Origin: Eledone cirrhosa
Taxonomy: Eukaryota
Direction: 5' to 3'
NCBI GenBank assembly: GCA_964016885.1
Contig: OZ024742.1
Location: forward strand, 2,232,001 to 2,296,000
DNA: 64,000 nt
Of this stretch, positions 55,201-64,000 are shown in pieces (the stretch's first letter is position 1; each line of letters begins with the position of its first letter). Position numbers and translations under genes: made by a program. The notes under the pieces were generated by a model. The model did not search any database. It was given only the letters and a program-made list of their open reading frames with translations, and was not told where the DNA came from.

Positions 55201-58200
55201 TCTAATGATGATTTAGTATAACAGCAGTGTAATGATCACTTAGTATGACAGCAGTGTAATGGTGACTTAGTATGACAACAGTGTAATGGTGACTTAGTAT
55301 GACAGCAGTGTAATGGTGACTTAGTATGACAGCAGTCTAATGGTGACTTAGTATGACAGCAGTGTAATGGTGACTTAGTATGACAGCAGTGTAATGATGA
55401 CTTAGTATGACATCAGTGTAATGATGACTTAGTATGACAGCAGTGTAATGGTGACTTAGTATGTCAGCAGTGTAATGGTGACTTGGTATGACAACAGTGT
55501 AATGGTGACTTAGTATGACAGCAGTGTAATGGTGACTTAGTATGACAGCAGTCTAATGGTGACTTAGTATGGCAACTGTGTAATGGTGACTTAGTATGAC
55601 AGCAGTGTAATGATGACTTAGTATGACAGCAGTGTAATGATGACTTAGTATGACAGCAGTGAAATGATGACTTAGTATGACAGCAGTGTAATGGTGACTT
55701 AGTATGGCAGCAGTGTAATGATGACTTAGTATGACAGCAGTGTAATGGTTACTTATTATGACAGCAGTGTAATGGTGACTTAGTATGACAGCAGTGTAAT
55801 GATGACTTAGTATGATAGCAGTGTAATGATGACCTTGTATGACAGCAGTGTAATGATGACTTAGTATGACAGCAGTGTAATGGTGACTTAGTATGACAGC
55901 AGTGTAATGGTGACTTAGTATGACAACAGTGTAATAGTGACTTAGTATGACAGCAATGTAATGATGACTTAGTATGACAGCAATGTAATGATGACTTAGT
56001 ATGACAGCAGTGTAATGATGACTTAGTATGACAGCAGTGTAATGGTGACTTAGTATGACAGCAGTGTAATGGTGACTTAGTATGACAGCAGTGTAATTAT
56101 GACTTAGTATGACAGCAATGTAATGATGACTTAGTATGACAGCAGTGTAATGATGACTTAGTATGACAGCAGTGTAATGGTGACTTAGTATGACAGCAGT
56201 GTAATGATGACTTAGTATGACAGCAATGTAATGATGACTTAGTATGACAGCAGTGTAATGATGACTTAGTATGACAGCAGTGTAATGGTGACTTAGTATG
56301 ACAGCAGTGTAATGATGACTTAGTATGACAGCAGTGTAATGATGACTTAGTATGACAGCAGTGTAATGATGACTTAGTATGACAGCAGTGTAATGGTGAC
56401 TTAGTATGACATCCGTTTAATGGTGACTTAGTATGACAGCAGTGTAATGATGACTTAGTATGACAGCAGTGTAATGGTGACTTAGTATGACAGCAGTGAT
56501 ATGGTGACTTAGTATGACAGCAATCTAATGGTATCTTAGTATGACAGCAGTGTAATGAGGACTTAGTATGACAGCAGTCTAATTGTGACTAGGTATGACT
56601 GCTGTCTAATGATGACTTAGTATAACAGCAGTCTAATGATGACTTAGTATGACAGCAGTGTAATGGTGACTTAGTATGACAGCAGTGTAATGGTGACTTA
56701 GTATGACAGCAGTCTAATGGTGACTTAGTATGACAGCAGTGTAATGGTGACTTAGTATGACAGCAGTGTAATGATGACTTAGTATGACATCAGTGTAATG
56801 ATGACTTAGTATGACAGCAGTGTAATGGTGACTTAGTATGTCAGCAGTGTAATGGTGACTTGGTATGACAACAGTGTAATGGTGACTTAGTATGACAGCA
56901 GTGTAATGCTGACTTAGTATGACATCAGTGTAATGGTGACTTATTATGACAGCAGTCTAATGGTTACTTAGTATGACAACTGTGTAATGGTGACTTAGTA
57001 TGACAGCAGTGTAATGAGGACTTAGTATGACAGCAGTCTAATTGTGACTAGGTATGACTGCTGTCTAATGATGACTTAGTATGACAGCAGTGTAATGATG
57101 ACTTAGTATGACAGCAGTGTAATGGTGACTTAGTATGACAGCAGTGTAATGGTGACTTAGTATGACAGCAGTGTAATGGTGACTTAGTATGACAGCAGTG
57201 TAATGGTGACTTAGTATGACAGCAGTGTAATGATGACTTAGTATGACATCAGTGTAATGATGACTTAGTATGACAGCAGTGTAATGGTGACTTAGTATGT
57301 CAGCAGTGTAATGGTGACTTGGTATGACAACAGTGTAATGGTGACTTAGTATGACAGCAGTGTAATGCTGACTTAGTATGACATCAGTGTAATGGTGACT
57401 TAGTATGACAGCAGTCTAATGGTTACTTAGTATGACAACTGTGTAATGGTGACTTAGTATGACAGCAGTGTAATGATGACTTAGTATGACAGCAGTGTAA
57501 TGGTGACTTAGTATGACAACAGTGTAATAGTTACTTAGTATGACAGCAATGTAATGATGACTTAGTATGACAGCAATGTAATGATGACTTAGTATGACAG
57601 CAGTGTAATGATGACTTAGTATGACAGCAGTGTAATGGTGACTTAGTATGATAGCAGTGTAATGGTGACTTAGTATGACAGCAGTTTAATGGTGACTTAG
57701 CATGACAGCAGTGTAATGATGACTTAGTATGACAGCAGTGTAATGGTGACTTAGTATGACAGCAGTTTAATGGTGACTTAGCATGACAGCAGTGTAATGA
57801 TGACTTAGTATGACAGCAGTGTAATGGTGACTTAGTATGACAGCAGTGTAATGGTGACTTAGTATGGCAGCAGTGTAATGGTGACTTAGCATGACAGCAG
57901 TGTAATGATGACTTAGTATGACAGCAGTGTAATGGTGACTTAGTATGACAGCAGTGTAATGGTGACTTAGTATGACAGCAGTGTAATGGTGACTTAGTAT
58001 GACAGCAGTGTAATGGTGACTTAGTATGACAGCAGTGTAATGGTGACTTAGTATGACAGCAGTGTAATGGTGACTTAGTATGACAGCAATGTAATGGTGA
58101 CTTAGTATGACAGCAGTGTAATGATGACCTAGTATGACAGCAGTGTAATGGTGACTTAGTATGACAGCAGTTTAATGGTGACTTAGCATGACAGCAGTGT

Positions 58201-59550
58201 AATGATGACTTAGTATGACAGCAGTGTAATGGTGACTTAGTATGACAGCAGTTTAATGGTGACTTAGCATGACAGCAGTGTAATGATGACTTAGTATGAC
58301 AGCAGTGTAATGGTGACTTAGTATGACAGCAGTGTAATGGTGACTTAGTATGACAGCAGTGTAATGGTGACTTAGCATGACAGCAGTGTAATGATGACTT
58401 AGTATGACAGCAGTGTAATGATGACCTAGTATGACAGCAGTGTAATGGTGACTTAGTATGACAGCAGTGTAATGGTGACTTAGTATGACAGCAGTGTAAT
58501 GATGACTTAGTATGACAGCAGTGTAATGGTTACTTATTATGACAGCAGTGTAATGATGACTTAGTATGACAGCAGTGTAATGGTGACTTAGTATGACAGC
58601 AGTGTAATGGTGACTTAGTATGACAGCAGTGTAATGATGACTTAGTATGATAGCAGTGTAATGATGACCTAGTATGACAGCAGTGTAATGATGACTTAGT
58701 ATGACAGCAGTTTAATGGTGACTTAGTATGACAGCAGTGTAATAGTGACTTAGTATGACAACAGTGTAATAGTGACTTAGTATGACAGCAGTGTAATGAT
58801 GACTTAGTATGACAGCAATGTAATGATGACTTAGTATGACAGCAATGTAATGATGACTTAGTATGACAGCAGTGTAATGGTGACTTAGTATGACAGCAGT
58901 GTAATGGTGACTTAGTATGACAGCAGTGTAATGATGACTTAGTATGACAGCAATGTAACGATGACTTAGTATGACAGCAGTGTAATGATGACTTAGTATG
59001 ACAGCAGTGTAATGGTGACTTAGTATGACAGCAGTGTAATGATGACTTAGTATGACAGCAATGTAATGATGACTTAGTATGACAGCAGTGTAATGATGAC
59101 TTAGTATGACAGCAGTGTAATGGTGACTTAGTATGACAGCAGTGTAATGATGACTTAGTATGACAGCAGTGTAATAATGACTTAGTATGACAGCAGTGTA
59201 ATGGTGACTTAGTATGACAGCAGTGTAATGGTGACTTAGTATGACAGCAGTGTAATGATGACTTAGTATGACAGCAGTGTAATGGTGACTTAGTATGACA
59301 TCAGTTTAATGGTGACTTAGTATGACAGCAGTGTAATGGTCACTTAGTATGACAGCAGTGTAATGGTGACTTAGTATGACAGCAGTGAAATGGTGACTTA
59401 GTATGACAGCAATCTAATGGTATCTTAGTATGACAGCAGTGTAATGATGACTTAGTATGACAGCAGTCTAATTGTGACTAGGTATGACTGCTGTCTAATG
59501 ATGACTTAGTATAACAGCAGTCTAATGATGACTTAGTATGACAGCAGTCT
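46212..59550. repeat. 27-bp satellite array, ~13.3 kb, ~490 copies
   Basis: Unit ACAGCAGTGTAATG(G/A)TGACTTAGTATG. Confidence 0.98.
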
Positions 59551-60134
59551 GACTGAAACCAATGTATAAAGATAGATATAAACACAAAGACAGTGACATG
59601 ATAGGGTTAATGTTAGTAACAAAATAATAAATATTGTGTTACTACATGATTAATTAATAGGTACTTAGGGTCATGCCTGCAACACTTTAATTAATAAAAA
59701 AAATGTTGTAAGTAGAAAAAATACCCCACCTCGTATGCATCTTCTGATAGTGATGAAGCCTCATTTGGGTATCCCACTATGGAGTATGTATATAACAATA
59801 AATATGAATGCAAAGTTTCCATAATTCAATTTATTAGGTAATTCGCAGTCATACGGATTTTTAATGTTTCCATTTCAAGGTTCCCGAACTCAACAGCCGT
59901 GGCTGCACCTATATATAATAACAGTTTCGAAACCTGATGGTTTTTCGTAACACACCATACAGGTGGTTGTCCTTGTGCTGGAAGGGCCGTAACATACTCT
60001 ACAGATAAATTCTGCCGATATCAGAGTAAGATAGGCCTCACCATGTGTAAATGGCACCCCTACAACTACATCATGAGTCACGCACCCTGGTGGATAGATG
60101 AAATGTATTGTAAACTTATTGTTTTTTTCTACAG

Positions 60135-60237
60135 AAGGTGTAACAACAGACGCTCAAAATGAAAATGGCTGGACAGCGTTGATGTTTGCCGTCAAAAATG
60201 GACACGATAAAGTCATCGATATGTTATTGGCAAATGG
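60135..60237 (+). CDS. NUDT12: Coding exon with an ankyrin repeat (NUDT12-like candidate)
   Basis: Acceptor tttttttctacag, donor GG|gtaagt, 103 nt, phase 1 to 2. Translation GVTTDAQNENGWTALMFAVKNGHDKVIDMLLANG. The ankyrin call is strong; the symbol is tentative. Confidence 0.8.
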
Positions 60238-60290
60238 GTAAGTCATAGAAATTATATTCTGTAAATTTGTTATAATTATAGTTGCAGAGA

Positions 60291-60850
60291 GGACGGTGGC
60301 TTGATTGAGTCGGTAGAGCGTCCGATAAAATGCTTTACATCACCGGTCGCTAATCTTTTGGACCTCACGGACCACTAAATTCATGATTTTAAATACCGCA
60401 GACCACTAATATGATTTTTTTTATTTGTAAAATAATGATCAGAGAACTTCCATTTTATTAAACAATACTGAAGTGTACGTGTGTCATATTGTCGATAGAT
60501 GATATATATGTGTAACATTTTTTCACCGATGTTAGTTCTTTAATGAGGATAAACATTTCTTAAGGGTGTTATAAAATATATTTTAACCGAATATTATTTT
60601 TGTTTTATTATTAATAAAACATAAAAATTGCAAATAATGTCAAAATTTTTCTGCGGACCGTCAAAGTTTTCTCTCGGACCACCAGGGGTTCTCGGATCAA
60701 CGGTTAGTGACCGCTGACAGTATTTCGTTACGACTTCATGCTTTCAAATGAGTTCAGATGTCGCCGAGGTTAACTTTACTTTTTATGCTTCCGTGGTCGA
60801 TAAAATAAAGTACCAGTCAAGTACTCGGGGCTATATAAACGATCCCCCAC
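60291..60850 (+). mobile_element. Diverged SINE S1 interrupted by a hAT-like MITE (60341-60716)
   Basis: Imperfect TIRs CACCGGTCGCTAA / TTAGTGACCGCTG and subterminal CGGACC repeats. No clean TSD. Confidence 0.6.
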
Positions 60851-61241
60851 CCCCCAAATGTCGTCGTCATCATCATCATTATCATCATCATCATCATCAT
60901 TATCATCATCATCAATAGTTTTTAAAATTTAAAACGTACAACATTTTTGTTAATTTCCCTCATATATCTCGTTGTTTTTATCTTACTTGTCAAATGACCA
61001 AATAATTAGTTAAGTCTATTAAAGACATAATAGAGAATGTATTGTATTGAGATGTCAGAAGCAGTGAATATGTTGAATTTCAGGTTGTATATTTGTAAAC
61101 ACTTCCCAGACAACGTTAACCACAGAATTACTCACTATGGAAAATAAACAACTGACAATATACACACCTGCTAATTTGTATAGATGCTAATAAGCATTAG
61201 TTTTTAAGAGATTATATATATATATATATATATATGCGCGC

Positions 61242-61305
<64 letters not shown>

Positions 61306-61308
<3 letters not shown>

Positions 61309-61418
61309 ACAAAGGAATTGTGGTAAGGAACCATATGGACCATAGCGCACCAGCTCAGTACTAGTCCAGAAATAGCCATCGAAACGGCTTGAGCTCTGCC
61401 GTCGGGGTCATACCTTTT

Positions 61419-61422
<4 letters not shown>
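61306..61422. mobile_element. Family B element
   Basis: Same two termini as the copies at 4588 and 9393. Confidence 0.75.
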
Positions 61423-61474
<52 letters not shown>

Positions 61475-61499
61475 GGAGGTGAGTTTTATTGTAGTACAA

Positions 61500-63210
61500 C
61501 CATCGTAAAACCATCCTAGAGTTCAACAATGAATATTGGACCAGAGCTGATACCTCTAACAACTTTGACATCACAATGGGAGCATCCAATTCATCCTAAT
61601 TGACAGATTTAATTGGTATCTTTATTTTGAACTCTTTGAATCGGAAAATTCCTCAACTTCGCGGTGGAATTTATCGTGACGATGGACTTTTTACTATCTT
61701 AAATTGCAACATAGTTAACCTTAATATTATTAAGAACAATATACGTAATCCCTTTAACCAACATAACTTAAAAATTGAATTTGATAACAACATCAACTAG
61801 CTAATTTCTTGGATGTATCTCTTAATCTTGACACTGGCCTATACTACCCTTACCATAAAAACAATGAGAATCTAAATTATGTTAATTTTAAATCTAACCA
61901 CCCCACTAATATTAAGAATGCTATAGTTAGTAATATTGGAAAAAGAATATCTAACCTATCATCTAATAAAAACATCTTTGATGCTAACGCCAATTACTAT
62001 AATAACGCGCTTTCTAAAGCCGGTTATCCTGATAAAATCAAATATAGTAAAGAAACAAATTCTAGAAGATCTTACAGTAGAATAATTAATCATGATCATT
62101 CCAATAACTTTAATAAAAGACCTAGATACAAAAACATAATCTGGTATAATGCTCCTTTCTCCATCTCTATTAATAATAATTGTTTCTACTTTAGGCACAA
62201 GGCCAGCAATTACCCAGTGTATTACTGGTACTTTATTTTATCGACCCCGTAAGGATGAAAGGCAAAGTCAACCTCGGCGGGATTTGAACTCAGATCGTAA
62301 AGGGACGTAACTATGCTGGAAAGCATGGCGTCCGACCCTCTACTGATACTGCCAATCCACCGCCCTCTATTAATAATAATATTCCTAAATTATTCTTTAG
62401 TGCCTTAAATAAATGCTTCCCTCCCTCACATATCTATAGTAAAATATTTAACAAACACACTATAAAATTTTCCTATTCGACCTCCTCCAACATCTCCAAC
62501 ATTATCTCTAAACACAACAATAAAATACTAAATACTAAATCTCTTCCTTCCAACACTGAATATCATAATAATAGTAATAGTACTCCCGACGTCATTGTTA
62601 ACTCTAGGCTAATTTCTGCAAACCCAAATACAACGTCAAACGCAACTTCGTTAAATGTTCTTAATCCCAATCTAAATCAAGAAACTATTATTCCTATCGT
62701 AAATAACTTCTCCAATCCAATTCCTTCTATAGATAACACTAGGTCACTTGTTAATAACTCTGTTAATTTCTCTAATCACAATTGTAATTGCCCTGTTAAA
62801 AATAAATGTCCTCTCAACAACCATTGTCTTGAAAAAAACTTAATCTATGAATGTAAAGTTATAACTGACACCAATTCCTTTACCTATTTTGGCTCCACTT
62901 CCACCCCCTTTAAAGATCGTCTTTATAATCATCATTCGTCTTTTAAATACCAACTTAAAAGAACCAACACGGCACTCTCAGAACTCATATGGTCCTTGAA
63001 AGACAAAAATATTAACTATAACATCTCTTGGAGGAAGGTTTGTTCTGCTTCTCCATACTTGAATGCCTCTCTATCCAAGACATGTAATCTCTGTTTATGT
63101 GAGAAATTTACCATTATATCTAATTTAGATTCTATAATAAATAGACGCACTGACTTGTTTTCTCTCTGCTTGCATAAATTCCACAGAACATTCGATAAAG
63201 TATACAGCTA
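61500..63210 (+). mobile_element. Naiad-type PLE, 5'-truncated (RT core to GIY-YIG), with stops
   Basis: FDITMG, GIYRDDGL, FLDV.L, SNHP, IIWYNAPFS, CNCPVKNKCPLNNHCL, LIY...YFG, CNLCLCEK. The 3' region runs to the window end. Confidence 0.92.
62181..62364 (-). mobile_element. SINE S1 inserted in the PLE ORF
   Basis: 16-bp TSD CTCTATTAATAATAAT at 62165-62180 and 62365-62380. Confidence 0.95.
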
Positions 63211-63630
63211 ATATCTAATACTTTACCAACTTAAAATCCTTTTTCTCAAAGGCTCATATATATACATATATATTTCTTTAAAAATATACCCATCTTTCTA
63301 CCTTATTTCAATGTTATTTATTATACATTATATAATACTAGTTACTTATTCTATATCACTCCTATTTATCACTTCCCTTTCTTCCTTTTTTCCTTTTTTC
63401 TTTTAATTTCTAACGTCTAATCTGTACCTTTTCTTCCTAGATACTTCTCAATTCTCATTATTACTCACCACAATATATCCACTCTTCCTTCCTCCATCCT
63501 ATCACTGGCCATACAATTTACTATTACCCTTTTAAATACCTTATAGTATCACCTTGAAAAATCCTTCGTAAACATAAACATTTTTTTGACGTTAGATTAT
63601 TCATCCTCAATTCATTATTTTTTTCTCCCT

Positions 63631-63740
63631 TCAAATCCCGCCGAGGTTGACTTTGCCTTTCATCCTTACGGGGTCGAAAAAATAAAGTACCAGTAATGCA
63701 CTGGGTATTTGCTGGCCTTGTGCCTAAAGTAGAAACAATT
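63631..63740 (+). mobile_element. 5'-truncated SINE S1
   Basis: Body matches S1; flanked by an ATTATTTTTT..CTCCCT duplication. Confidence 0.85.
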
Positions 63741-64000
63741 ATTTTTTTCTCCCTTTCATGCTCATCTAACTTCTACATATTACACATATTCATCCACTCT
63801 TCTACTTCTTTTCACAATATATCCTTAATTACATTACTATTTTTATTTTTTTTTAATAATACATATCAACAATTTCTTTCCATCGCACATATTATTAAAC
63901 CCTTCAATATTCAAACCTTAACTTAATATTATCCTTAATACATATTAACAATTTCTTTTCATCGCACATATTATTAAACCCTTCAATATACAAACCTTAA

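Noticed and set aside
46212-59550. CRISPR-like array
   Set aside because: Head-to-tail repeats with no unique spacers, no cas genes and a eukaryotic context.

Overview
AT-rich animal genomic DNA. The SINE types, (TA)n density and huge introns suggest an octopus or other coleoid cephalopod (inference). No prokaryotic features are present. The only host gene I can support is a + strand ankyrin-repeat gene, best guess NUDT12-like, with three phase-compatible exons at 10122-10288, 27822-27960 and 60135-60237; it continues beyond the window. Its introns and flanks hold microsatellites, tRNA-derived SINEs, LINE fragments (RTE, CR1, Tx1/L1, R4/Dong), a near full-length CRE-clade element with an N-terminal PHD finger, three Naiad-type Penelope-like elements (PLEs), two MITEs, a 2 kb 26-bp minisatellite and a 13.3 kb 27-bp satellite. 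The most striking pattern is a set of at least 8 unrelated short elements sitting inside (TA)n tracts, most with an asymmetric fold-back structure. Many carry minimal type-I hammerhead ribozymes, including a compensatory U3-A8 core variant. All calls were made by eye, so element boundaries are approximate. Most ORFs in the supplied track are microsatellite artefacts.
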